Shown: positions 18,914 to 27,270 of the stretch, piece after piece
Position numbering within the stretch: position 1 is the first letter of the stretch
Layout of the letters: each line of letters opens with the position of its first letter
DNA from: Candidatus Latescibacterota bacterium
Lineage (GTDB): Bacteria; Latescibacterota; UBA2968; UBA8231
Direction: 5' to 3'
NCBI GenBank assembly: GCA_036339235.1
Contig: JAYZCA010000101.1
Span: forward strand, 1-46,161
Length of the DNA: 46,161 nt
Position numbers and translations under genes: made by a program
The notes under the pieces: model-generated
What the model was told of the DNA's origin: nothing
Databases searched by the model: none
The model's input: only the letters and a program-made list of their open reading frames with translations

Positions 18914-20116
18914 CTACAGGGCGGCGAACAGGTGAGTCAGAAAGTCGACGCCGAACGATGCTACCACCGTGCCGACGAAGAGGAGTCCGATGAGCAGCGC
19001 CTTGCCGACGTCCTGGCCCTTCAAGCTGCCGAGCAACTTCGGCTCCTTGGAGAGGTAGGCGCTGGCCGCGTAAAGCTCCTCACCCATGAGCGTGTAGTCG
19101 CAGGTCGTGACGAAAAAAGGCAATTGGGTATAGGCGTCTGTGCCGGCGATCTGGATGGCGCCGGTGGTACTACCCGTCTCGGCCAGCAACAGCGACTCGG
19201 CGTAGAAGTAACCCATCATGACATGCGCCGCCGGCCTCTCGCGGACCATCATGCCCGCCACGGCAGCGGCGTAGGAAAACTGTTCGGTGGCGGCCATGAA
19301 GACGCTGTCCGGGCGATAGGCGTCAGGACGTCCCTCCTTCAAGTAGGCCTCCTTCACCACCTCCTGGCTCACCGACATGACCACAGGATCGACGTTGGCG
19401 ACGCGCAGGTCGGTGTCGAAGCGCGCCGTGCGCTGGGCCACGCGCCCGAGGATGTTGACGGCGGCGATCGTCGGGATCTGGTCCATGCCCTTCAGGCCGT
19501 GAACGAACAACACCGACTTGCCCATCTCCGTCGCCCGCCCGAGGGCCTCGTCGAGCGCCTCCAGCCCGGCGATGCGCCGGATGAACAGGTCCTTGCGGCG
19601 GGCTATGGAGATGAAGAACAGGATACAGACGGACAGGCCGATGGTGAGGACGATGTTGTTCCACTTGGCCGTGTTGAACCAGTTGCCACCCGGTACGGCC
19701 GACGCCACCTCGCCGAGCACCTCACCCGTGGAGGTCTGCGCGCCGAGGCGGACGAAATAGAGGGTGCCGTCCTGCAAGGGAGCGGGCTCGTCGGTCTCTC
19801 CCACGGCATAGTCGGTGATATGGACGACGTGAAAGCGTTCGTTGTCGTCGTCGTAGCCGAACAGGGCCGGCTCACCCGACTTCAACCCGGGAGTCGCCGA
19901 TTCCACCGCCAGTCGGAAAGGCCCGTCGGCGGCCGTCGCCACATAGACGCGGTAGCCGGACACCACCGCTGTCTCGGCTCGTGGCCAGGTGATCGTCAGG
20001 CTGGCCCCGGCGTCGTTCGGTGTATCGAAGGCCACGATGTCGACGGGAACCTGGGCTCCGGCGGCGACATGGAGCGCCACGCCGGCGACTGCGATCCAAG
20101 ACGCGATCTTGCTCAA
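18914..20116 (-). CDS. hypothetical membrane protein: signal peptide, Fn3-like ectodomain, TM, ~230-aa cytoplasmic domain, C-terminal TM
   Basis: A TTG start at 20116 is preceded by aaggagag, giving MSKIASWIAVAGVALHVAAGAQ. The alternative GTG 20143 overlaps the upstream stop. LTITWPRAE..SGYRVYVA looks Fn3-like. TM helix NNIVLTIGLSVCILFFISIA is present. Confidence 0.65.
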   Translation of the reverse strand: MSKIASWIAVAGVALHVAAGAQVPVDIVAFDTPNDAGASLTITWPRAETAVVSGYRVYVATAADGPFRLAVESATPGLKSGEPALFGYDDDNERFHVVHITDYAVGETDEPAPLQDGTLYFVRLGAQTSTGEVLGEVASAVPGGNWFNTAKWNNIVLTIGLSVCILFFISIARRKDLFIRRIAGLEALDEALGRATEMGKSVLFVHGLKGMDQIPTIAAVNILGRVAQRTARFDTDLRVANVDPVVMSVSQEVVKEAYLKEGRPDAYRPDSVFMAATEQFSYAAAVAGMMVRERPAAHVMMGYFYAESLLLAETGSTTGAIQIAGTDAYTQLPFFVTTCDYTLMGEELYAASAYLSKEPKLLGSLKGQDVGKALLIGLLFVGTVVASFGVDFLTHLFAAL

Positions 20117-20139
20117 ACCGTCTCTCCTTGAATGGACAC

Positions 20140-21267
20140 TCACTCCTCGATCAACTCGACGTTGGCTCTGGGTACTACCGCCCGCGTGCCATCCTCGAAC
20201 TCCACTTCGAGAACGCGCACGGAGGCGCCGGATTCGACCTGCTGCAGGTCGGCGATCAGCCGCCCCACCGTGCCGATGCGGCCGAAGTAAGGCGCGCGGA
20301 TCACGCGCAACGCGTCGCCCTCGCCCATGCCGCCGCTGTGTCCGGCCTTAACGTCATCTGCCGGTGACTCGCGGTCGAGGTCAGGTACGATGATTTCGGG
20401 GCGCATGACACCGGCGCGAATCTGCGTCGCCCCCGACAGGGAGGCCTGTTGGCCGTGGCAGTGTGCGAGGATGTCGAACGTGCGGCGGGCCATGGCGATG
20501 CGGCCGAAGCCCTCGGTGAGGATGACCGTAAGGCCGATGTCTTCGGCGCCGGTGATGGCGACGCCGAGGTCGTAGCCGAGCAGCTGGCGCAGATCGCTGT
20601 CATGGATGCCGGCGCCGATCACGCCGCTGGCGCCTACCTGTCGCGCCTTGTCGATGGCGGCGTAGCTCGCCAGCCCGCTACCGACGACGATGTGCCCGGC
20701 GCACTGTGCGTCGATCGCATCGGGGTTGAGGTCCTGACCGGGACCGTCGCTGATCATGTGCAGCGGACCGCACGTCTCGTCGCCGACGCCGAAGATCCCC
20801 TGCACGAAGGCGCCGCGCGTCTCGACGACGACGCCTTCATCGGCGATGACTTCGACGATGTTACCATCGACGTAAGCCAGCACTTCGACTGGGAGAGGCG
20901 GCTCGCGCAGCAGCACCTGGCCGGTGACGCTGGAGATGCTCTCCAGCGTGCCCTCGATCTCGGCCTCGACGACGGTCTTGAACCACTTGATCAAGGGCCG
21001 CGTGGCGGCGATCACGTCCCCCTTGCGCACCGCGTCGCCCTCACTCTTGAGCATGAAGGTGGGTAGCTCATCGGCAGAGATCCCAAGGCGATTGATGACG
21101 TTCATGGTGCGCACGTTGCCAGGCAGCTCGGTGCGGGCCACGACCTGCTGACGCTGCACGGTGTCGCCCACCTGTCCCAGCACCTTACCCTGCATGGGCA
21201 GTCGCCGGGTCCGCCGCAGGACGGCATCGCGCGTAACCCGCAGGCCCGGTGTGTAGGCGTGGGCCAT
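20140..21267 (-). CDS. hypothetical protein with barrel-sandwich-like N-terminus and KOW-like C-terminal motif; partner of the GlmL-like ATPase
   Basis: The ATG lies 1 nt after the upstream stop. C-terminus GDALRVIRAPYFGRIGTVGRLI...VRVLEVEFEDG resembles a KOW/SH3-like motif. I recognise no enzyme family. Confidence 0.65.
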   Translation of the reverse strand: MAHAYTPGLRVTRDAVLRRTRRLPMQGKVLGQVGDTVQRQQVVARTELPGNVRTMNVINRLGISADELPTFMLKSEGDAVRKGDVIAATRPLIKWFKTVVEAEIEGTLESISSVTGQVLLREPPLPVEVLAYVDGNIVEVIADEGVVVETRGAFVQGIFGVGDETCGPLHMISDGPGQDLNPDAIDAQCAGHIVVGSGLASYAAIDKARQVGASGVIGAGIHDSDLRQLLGYDLGVAITGAEDIGLTVILTEGFGRIAMARRTFDILAHCHGQQASLSGATQIRAGVMRPEIIVPDLDRESPADDVKAGHSGGMGEGDALRVIRAPYFGRIGTVGRLIADLQQVESGASVRVLEVEFEDGTRAVVPRANVELIEE

Positions 21268-21268
21268 G

Positions 21269-23107
21269 TCAGGCTTCCTCCCCGGTGTCAGCGTAAAGCC
21301 CCAGGGCCTGGTTCCAGCGGGTCACGCACTCGCGCCTGGCGTCGTCGTCATCGGGCAGGTGGACCGGTCGTCCCCGGCCGTCGAGGATGAGCCCGACGAC
21401 GCCGCTGCGCACTCGTGTCCGCAGTTCCTGACCGGCTCCGGCTCCCACATCCCAGCCGCGGGCGGGTCGCAGGACCATCTCGCCTTCGACACCATCGGCC
21501 AGTGGGATCACTTCGAGGTCTCCATATCGCAGACTGCCCTGTATTCCGGGGGCACCATCGACCTCGAGGTCGTAGGTGACACATGCCTCGCCGGTCTTGC
21601 CGGATCCGCCCACGGGGGCGACGCAGGTGCCCAGGTACACGATGCAGTCGCGCTCGAACACGTCGGTGGCAGCCTTCTCATCGACCGAGGCAAGCACGCC
21701 CAGGTGGGGCATCATGAAGATGCTGTCCACCGCCAGCTGTGTGACGCCCTCGGGCTGGAAGGCATCGATGAGCATCGCTGTCGTCTGCGACCGCCGCGGC
21801 GCGTGCGACAGGACACCGCCGCTGCCAACCAGCAGATCGAGAGCCATCATGTCGATGAGGCTGTCGCCTGAGGCGGCTTGCTCGAACACGTCGGACAGGG
21901 TGCGCTCGGTCTGCACCCCCTTGAGCCCGACGGCTAGCGCACGGTGCTGGATGAGGGCAAGCCGCAGCGCCTCACGGGCGACGCCCTGCTCGATCTGCAG
22001 CTCCTCGAGCATCTGCGGGATCGTCGTGGGCCGGATCATCTTGTTTTTGATACGGTCGCGCAGGTCGGCTTCCTCGATGTCGATGGCGATCCAGCGCATG
22101 ACGTTGGCCATCGTCGCCTCGGCGAGCACGTTAGATATGCTGTAGGACATCCCGAGGTTGGCGCTCACGGTGCGGTTGAACACGGGTTCGGCGGAGAGGC
22201 CGTCGTCGCCGGTGGTAGAAAATACACTGAACACGTCGGTCGTGGCGCCGCCGATGTCGACACCGAGGACGTTGATATTCTGCCGGCGGGCAATGGTCTG
22301 CATGATCTGTCCCACCGCCGCCGGCGTCGGCATGATGGGCGCGCCGGTCCAGGACATGAGTTCGCGATACCCCGGTGCCTGGGCCATGACGTGTTCGAGG
22401 AACAGATCATGGATGACGTGGCGCGCCGGTGCGAGGTTTTCGCGCTCGAGAACGGGGCGAATGTTTTCCGACTGGTGCAGCGTCGTCCGGTCACCGAGAA
22501 CGCGCTCGACCTCAGACCTTGCATCCCGGTTACCGGCGAAGATGACGGGCAACTGGAAGCCGGTGCCGAACCGCGGGCGCGGGTCGGCGGCGGCGACGTA
22601 TTCCGCCAGTTCGACGACATGTGAAATCGTGCCCCCGTCGGTACCGCCGGAGAGCAGGACCATGTCGGGCCTCAGGTTACGGATGCGCTCGATCTTTTCA
22701 TGGGGCAGGCGGCCGTCGTTGGCGGCCAGCACGTCCATCACGATCGCCCCGGCACCCAGCGCGCAGCGCTGAGCACTCTCGCCCGTCATCGATTCGACGA
22801 CACCGGCGACCATCATCTGCAGCCCTCCGCCGGCACTCGATGTCGAAATGTAGATGTCGACGCCGCGCATTCCATCTGCGGGGGTGATAATTCGTTCGCC
22901 GTCGAGGATCTGTCGACCCGACAATTCCTCGATCTCCTGGATGGCGTTGAGCACACCGCGCGTCACATCTTCGAAGGGTGCCTCCACCGTGGTAGGGGCT
23001 TCGCCGCGACAGGTCTGTCGGTAGATGTCACCCTGGCGTTCGATGAGGATGGCTTTTGTCGTCGTGCTGCCGCAGTCGGTGGCGATGACGACATCCAGTT
23101 TACCCAA
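21269..23107 (-). CDS. GlmL/MutL-family (glutamate mutase L-like) ASKHA-fold ATPase, long form (612 aa)
   Basis: VVIATDCGSTTTKAIL, YISTSSAGGGLQMMVAGV, VLLSGGTDGG, LGVDIGGATTDVFS and LLVGSGGVLSHAP are the motifs I associate with Pfam MutL (PF13941). TTG start overlaps the upstream gene by 8 nt. Confidence 0.8.
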   Translation of the reverse strand: MGKLDVVIATDCGSTTTKAILIERQGDIYRQTCRGEAPTTVEAPFEDVTRGVLNAIQEIEELSGRQILDGERIITPADGMRGVDIYISTSSAGGGLQMMVAGVVESMTGESAQRCALGAGAIVMDVLAANDGRLPHEKIERIRNLRPDMVLLSGGTDGGTISHVVELAEYVAAADPRPRFGTGFQLPVIFAGNRDARSEVERVLGDRTTLHQSENIRPVLERENLAPARHVIHDLFLEHVMAQAPGYRELMSWTGAPIMPTPAAVGQIMQTIARRQNINVLGVDIGGATTDVFSVFSTTGDDGLSAEPVFNRTVSANLGMSYSISNVLAEATMANVMRWIAIDIEEADLRDRIKNKMIRPTTIPQMLEELQIEQGVAREALRLALIQHRALAVGLKGVQTERTLSDVFEQAASGDSLIDMMALDLLVGSGGVLSHAPRRSQTTAMLIDAFQPEGVTQLAVDSIFMMPHLGVLASVDEKAATDVFERDCIVYLGTCVAPVGGSGKTGEACVTYDLEVDGAPGIQGSLRYGDLEVIPLADGVEGEMVLRPARGWDVGAGAGQELRTRVRSGVVGLILDGRGRPVHLPDDDDARRECVTRWNQALGLYADTGEEA

Positions 23108-23465
23108 TACGTTCGTCTTCCTGTCGGTTGATGGTGTCGATAACCAGGTCCAGGCTGTGACGTCTTTCGAGCAGACGGATGAGCAGATCGGTTTCGGACT
23201 TGGAGAATGCCATGTTCAGCAGCGGGCCGAAGAAGGCCAGAAACTGGCTGCCGATGAAGCTGAGGGGCCGGGCGCTCTCCAGGGCCATCAGGGCCGGCGC
23301 CGCGAGGCGGCGGCGTACGACGATTCTGGAGAGGCGCTCGACTAAGGCGCGCTCCTGATCGGTGAAGTCCACCCCCGAGTCCACGGCGAAGGCGTAGGCG
23401 AAGGTGGCACGCAGGCGCTCAATCCGCGACATGGAGCCTGACCATAGCGTCGACGTCGTCGGCAT
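23100..23465 (-). CDS. small hypothetical protein (start uncertain: 23465 or ATG 23432)
   Basis: The ORF overlaps both flanking genes (8 nt downstream, 14-47 nt upstream), which suggests translational coupling. I recognise no family. Confidence 0.5.
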   Translation of the reverse strand: MPTTSTLWSGSMSRIERLRATFAYAFAVDSGVDFTDQERALVERLSRIVVRRRLAAPALMALESARPLSFIGSQFLAFFGPLLNMAFSKSETDLLIRLLERRHSLDLVIDTINRQEDERIG

Positions 23466-23913
23466 AGACGCCGTCGCCGAAACGCAGAAAGACGCCGCGG
23501 AAGGAGTCGAGACGGCTCTGATGACGGAAGGGGCTCAGGAAGATCCCGTCCGCGTGCCGCACGAAACGCCGGAACGTCGTCCACCGCCGCCGTCGCCACA
23601 CCAGCTGCTTCCAGGCGGCGCCATCGGCATCTATGACATACCGGGTCGGCAGAAAGTAGTCCATCGTCGCCAGGACCAGCACAACGACAGAAATCGCGCC
23701 GTACACCGGATTGCCGAGGCTGACCGTCATCACGGCGGCCGATCCGACGATCGCCGCGATCAGGGCGATCGACTTGATAGGTGGCTCCTCCCGCAGTGGG
23801 TGACAGGTCCACACACACTGCTGCGGACCGCCATCGGCGGGTTCCGGATGCTCCTGGGGTGGCGCGTCGTCCATTGTTTCGGGAGGCAGATCTATAGCTG
23901 AGGTCAGTGTCAC
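23419..23913 (-). CDS. hypothetical membrane protein (two TM helices followed by a basic beta-rich domain)
   Basis: IALIAAIVGSAAVMTVSL and YGAISVVVLVLATMDYF are followed by WKQLVWRRRRWTTFRRF. Start is GTG 23913 or ATG 23874. It lies 50 nt downstream of lysA. Confidence 0.55.
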   Translation of the reverse strand: MTLTSAIDLPPETMDDAPPQEHPEPADGGPQQCVWTCHPLREEPPIKSIALIAAIVGSAAVMTVSLGNPVYGAISVVVLVLATMDYFLPTRYVIDADGAAWKQLVWRRRRWTTFRRFVRHADGIFLSPFRHQSRLDSFRGVFLRFGDGVYADDVDAMVRLHVAD

Positions 23914-23963
23914 GCGACCGAACAGCTACAGTATAGAACACGCGGGCGTTGCACGCATGCGCG

Positions 23964-25232
23964 TCAGCGCAGAAACTCCGGGACCACCTCGTTCTGCAGG
24001 ACCTGCTCCAGTGTCTGCCGGCGACGGACGAGATGGAATGTGCCGTCACAGCCCAGCAGGACCTCGGGTGCCTCGGGAAAGGAGTTATAGTTCTTCGTGG
24101 ACATGGCGGCACAATAGGCGCCTGCTCCATCGATGACGATGGGGTCACCGATCTGTGCCACTGTGAGCGTGCGCGGCAACAGTCCTTCTGGATTGCCGGG
24201 CTCGGGGGTGAGGATGTCACCGCTCTCACAACAGTGCCCAACGACCAGATACTCCTTCGTCGATCGCTTCTCCGGTTCCAGGGGCAGTAGGATGATCGGA
24301 TGCTGGGCGCCGTACATACTGGGCCGGACGATCTCCGTCATTCCCGTGTCCGCCTTGATAAAGGAGTATCCCTCCTTGCCGGTGTCGACGATGTCGATGA
24401 CACTGGCCACAACGGCGCCTGCATTGGCGACAAAGAATGTTCCAGGCTCGATCTCCAGGTGTATCTGACGGCCGTCTTGGTCGGCAAATCTGCGCAGTTC
24501 CGCAGCGATGGGCTCACCGGCGCGCTGCAGGTCCGTCGAGACCTCCGTGCTCATGCGCCCCACCTTGTAGCCGCCACCCAGGTTCACCCTCGTCACTTCC
24601 GGCAGATGGCGGACGAGATTCATCGTCAAGCCCGAACAGCGCTGCCACACCTCCGGGTCGCTGCCCGAACCGATATGGGTGTGCAACCGGGTGATCTTCA
24701 GGTCGTATTCACGCGCCGTCCGGACAACGCGCTCGAGGTGGGTGTGCCAGATGCCGAAACTCGCCGACGGGCCGCCCACGTTGGTGCGGTTGCTGTGGCC
24801 GGAGCCCAGACCGGGATTGAGGCGGACGCTAACCTCCTGGCCCGGACACGCCTGTCCGAAGGCTACCAGCTGCGCCAGGGAGCAGGCGTTGAAACCGGTT
24901 CCCAGGCCGATCAGTTCGGCCAGATCCTCGGGGAGCTGCTGGGCTGTGAGCAGGATACGTTTGGCCGGCACCCCAGCGGCGATGGCCCGGTGCACTTCCC
25001 ACCCCGAACTGGCATCGATGTGCAGGCCCGCCTCGGTGAGCACTCTCAACACGGCGGCGGAGGGGCATGCCTTCATCGCGTAGCGCACGGTGAGGCCGAA
25101 GGGCGCTGGAAAGCCGAGGGCGACGGCAGCCTGGCGCTCCAGCGACGCCTGGTCGTAGACGAAGAGGGGGGTGCCGAACTCGGCCTGTAGCCGGCGCACC
25201 TGATCCTCGGAGAGAAAGCGGAAATTTTCCAT
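23964..25232 (-). CDS. lysA: diaminopimelate decarboxylase (Orn/DAP/Arg decarboxylase family 2)
   Basis: FGTPLFVYD, PLP-lysine context YAMKACP, HTHIGSGS and GHCCESGDIL motifs. Length is 422 aa. Confidence 0.75.
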   Translation of the reverse strand: MENFRFLSEDQVRRLQAEFGTPLFVYDQASLERQAAVALGFPAPFGLTVRYAMKACPSAAVLRVLTEAGLHIDASSGWEVHRAIAAGVPAKRILLTAQQLPEDLAELIGLGTGFNACSLAQLVAFGQACPGQEVSVRLNPGLGSGHSNRTNVGGPSASFGIWHTHLERVVRTAREYDLKITRLHTHIGSGSDPEVWQRCSGLTMNLVRHLPEVTRVNLGGGYKVGRMSTEVSTDLQRAGEPIAAELRRFADQDGRQIHLEIEPGTFFVANAGAVVASVIDIVDTGKEGYSFIKADTGMTEIVRPSMYGAQHPIILLPLEPEKRSTKEYLVVGHCCESGDILTPEPGNPEGLLPRTLTVAQIGDPIVIDGAGAYCAAMSTKNYNSFPEAPEVLLGCDGTFHLVRRRQTLEQVLQNEVVPEFLR

Positions 25233-25333
25233 GCCTGCCTAATGTCTCTATCTTGCTATTTTTATTGGGACTTGGTAGCTTCTCGACGCTTCAGATTATC
25301 GCCCTCGCCCCGCACATCGTCAAGACAGAGCCC

Positions 25334-27157
25334 TTGCCGCGCCACATTCTCGGCATCTCCGCCTACTACCACGACTCCGCCGCCTGTCTGGTCAGCGACG
25401 GGCGCATCGTGGCGGCGGCGCAGGAGGAGAGATTCTCACGCCGCAAGCATGACGCCCGCTTCCCGACTCTGGCGGCGAAGTACTGCCTCCAGGAGGCCGG
25501 AATCGGTGTGGACGACCTGGAGTGCGTGGGGTTCTACGACAAGCCGCTGCTCACCTTCGAACGCCTGCTGGAAACCCATCTCGGAACGGCACCGAAGGGA
25601 CTGCGCCTCTACTGGAAATCCATGTCGGTCTGGCTCAACCAGAAGCTGTGGATTCCACAGGAGGTTTGCCGGGGTCTCGGCGCCGATGTAAAGGTGCTGT
25701 TCGGCGAACACCACGAGTCCCACGCGGCGTCAGCCTTCTATCCGTCTCCCTTCGAGGAAGCCGCCATCCTGACGACGGACGGCGTCGGCGAGTGGACGAC
25801 GACGAGTTTCGGGTTTGGACGAGGGACCGAACTGCACACCCTGGCAGAGATCAAGTTCCCTCACTCCCTCGGGTTGCTCTACACGGCGTTCACCTACTTT
25901 ACGGGGTTCAAGCCGAATTCCGGCGAGTACAAGCTGATGGGCCTGGCACCCTACGGAGAGCCGAAGTACGCCCAGCGTATCCTCGATGAGATCGTGGCGC
26001 TCGCCGAGGACGGTTCCTTCCGCCTCAACCTCGACTACTTCAACTACGTCGCCGGCCTGACGATGACCTCCAGCGCCATGGACGCCCTGTTCGACGGCCC
26101 TGCCAGGAGGCCGGAGACGCCGCTGACTCAGCGCGAGATGGATATCGCCGCCTCCTGCCAGAAGGTGACCGAGGAGGTCCTGTTGCGCATGGCGCGCGCC
26201 GCGCATCGCGAGACGGGGATGAAAAACCTGTGCCTGGCAGGTGGTGTGGCACTCAACTGCGTCGGCAATGGTCGGCTCCTGCGCGAGAGCCCCTTCGAAA
26301 ACCTGTGGATCCAGCCCGCTGCTGGCGATGCCGGGGGCGCCGTAGGTGTGGCCCTGGCTCTCTGGCACCGCCACTTCGAGCAGCCGCGCAGCGCAGACCC
26401 GGATGGCGACTCGATGTCGGGTGCCTACCTGGGCCCGGCTTTCGCAGCCGACGAGATCGAGTCCTTCCTCGAGACACAATCGGCGCCGGCAGCGAGCCTG
26501 GGCGCCGATGAGCTATCCGTGCGTGTGGCCGAGATCCTCGCCGAGGAGAAGGTCGTGGGCTGGTTTCAGGGGCGTATGGAGTTCGGACCGCGGGCGCTGG
26601 GGGCGCGCAGCATCCTCGGGGATCCGAGATCGTCGGCGATGCAGTCGCAGATGAATCTCAAGATCAAGTACCGCGAGAGCTTCCGCCCCTTCGCTCCCAG
26701 CGTCCTGCGCGAGCACGTGGCAGACTGGTTCGAGATGGACTGCGATTCGCCCTACATGCTGCTGGTAGCCCTCGTGAAGCAGGAGAAGCAGATCCAGATG
26801 ACGGACGAACAGGATGCCCTGTTCGGGATCGACAAGCTGAAGGTGCCACGCTCGGAGATTCCCGCCGTCACCCATGTTGACTACTCGGCCAGGGTGCAGA
26901 CGGTACGCCGCGAGGTCAACACAGCCTACCACGATCTGATCCAGGCTTTCTACAGCCTCACCGGATGCCCCCTGCTGGTCAATACCTCCTTCAACGTCCG
27001 CGGCGAACCGATCGTGTGCACGCCGGAGGACGCTTACCGCTGCTTCATGCGCACCGAGATGGATTACCTCGTACTCGGCAACTTCCTGCTCGACAAGCGC
27101 GACCAGCCCGAATGGCTGGAAGAAGTCAGCTGGCAGGAAGAATTCGAGCTCGACTGA
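25334..27157 (+). CDS. carbamoyltransferase (NodU/CmcH family)
   Basis: ILGISAYYHDSAACLV..G.IVAAAQEERFSRRKHDARFP, EHHESHAASAF and LNTSFNVRGEPIV motifs. I prefer the in-frame TTG 25334, which gives MPRHILGIS. The tracked start at 25253 adds an atypical leader. Confidence 0.85.
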   Translation: MPRHILGISAYYHDSAACLVSDGRIVAAAQEERFSRRKHDARFPTLAAKYCLQEAGIGVDDLECVGFYDKPLLTFERLLETHLGTAPKGLRLYWKSMSVWLNQKLWIPQEVCRGLGADVKVLFGEHHESHAASAFYPSPFEEAAILTTDGVGEWTTTSFGFGRGTELHTLAEIKFPHSLGLLYTAFTYFTGFKPNSGEYKLMGLAPYGEPKYAQRILDEIVALAEDGSFRLNLDYFNYVAGLTMTSSAMDALFDGPARRPETPLTQREMDIAASCQKVTEEVLLRMARAAHRETGMKNLCLAGGVALNCVGNGRLLRESPFENLWIQPAAGDAGGAVGVALALWHRHFEQPRSADPDGDSMSGAYLGPAFAADEIESFLETQSAPAASLGADELSVRVAEILAEEKVVGWFQGRMEFGPRALGARSILGDPRSSAMQSQMNLKIKYRESFRPFAPSVLREHVADWFEMDCDSPYMLLVALVKQEKQIQMTDEQDALFGIDKLKVPRSEIPAVTHVDYSARVQTVRREVNTAYHDLIQAFYSLTGCPLLVNTSFNVRGEPIVCTPEDAYRCFMRTEMDYLVLGNFLLDKRDQPEWLEEVSWQEEFELD

Positions 27158-27270
27158 CGGCGGCGTGAACGAAGATTCCAGGACCAGGAGGGTGGCTCCA
27201 CGCCGCCAGACCGAGATCGCGCCGGCACCCGACCCCGCTGCCCCCGTGCGCGATCTCTACGCGAGCCCTG

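Noticed and set aside
17395-20131. Plus-strand ORFs 17395-18411 (338 aa) and 18932-20131 (399 aa), opposite the membrane-protein genes.
   Set aside because: Their composition is dominated by D/E/R/G/H runs such as DEDEDDAAVDVDQ. They lack RBSs. The minus-strand ORFs show coherent TM helices, RBSs and coupled stop/start overlaps.
27158-27270. 40-codon ORF (GTG 27165-type) between the carbamoyltransferase and the SxtJ-like gene, considered as the missing SxtK/DUF5989 partner.
   Set aside because: Its translation (VNEDSRTRRVAPRRQTEIAP...) is hydrophilic and Arg/Pro-rich. It does not resemble the hydrophobic single-TM DUF5989 peptides.
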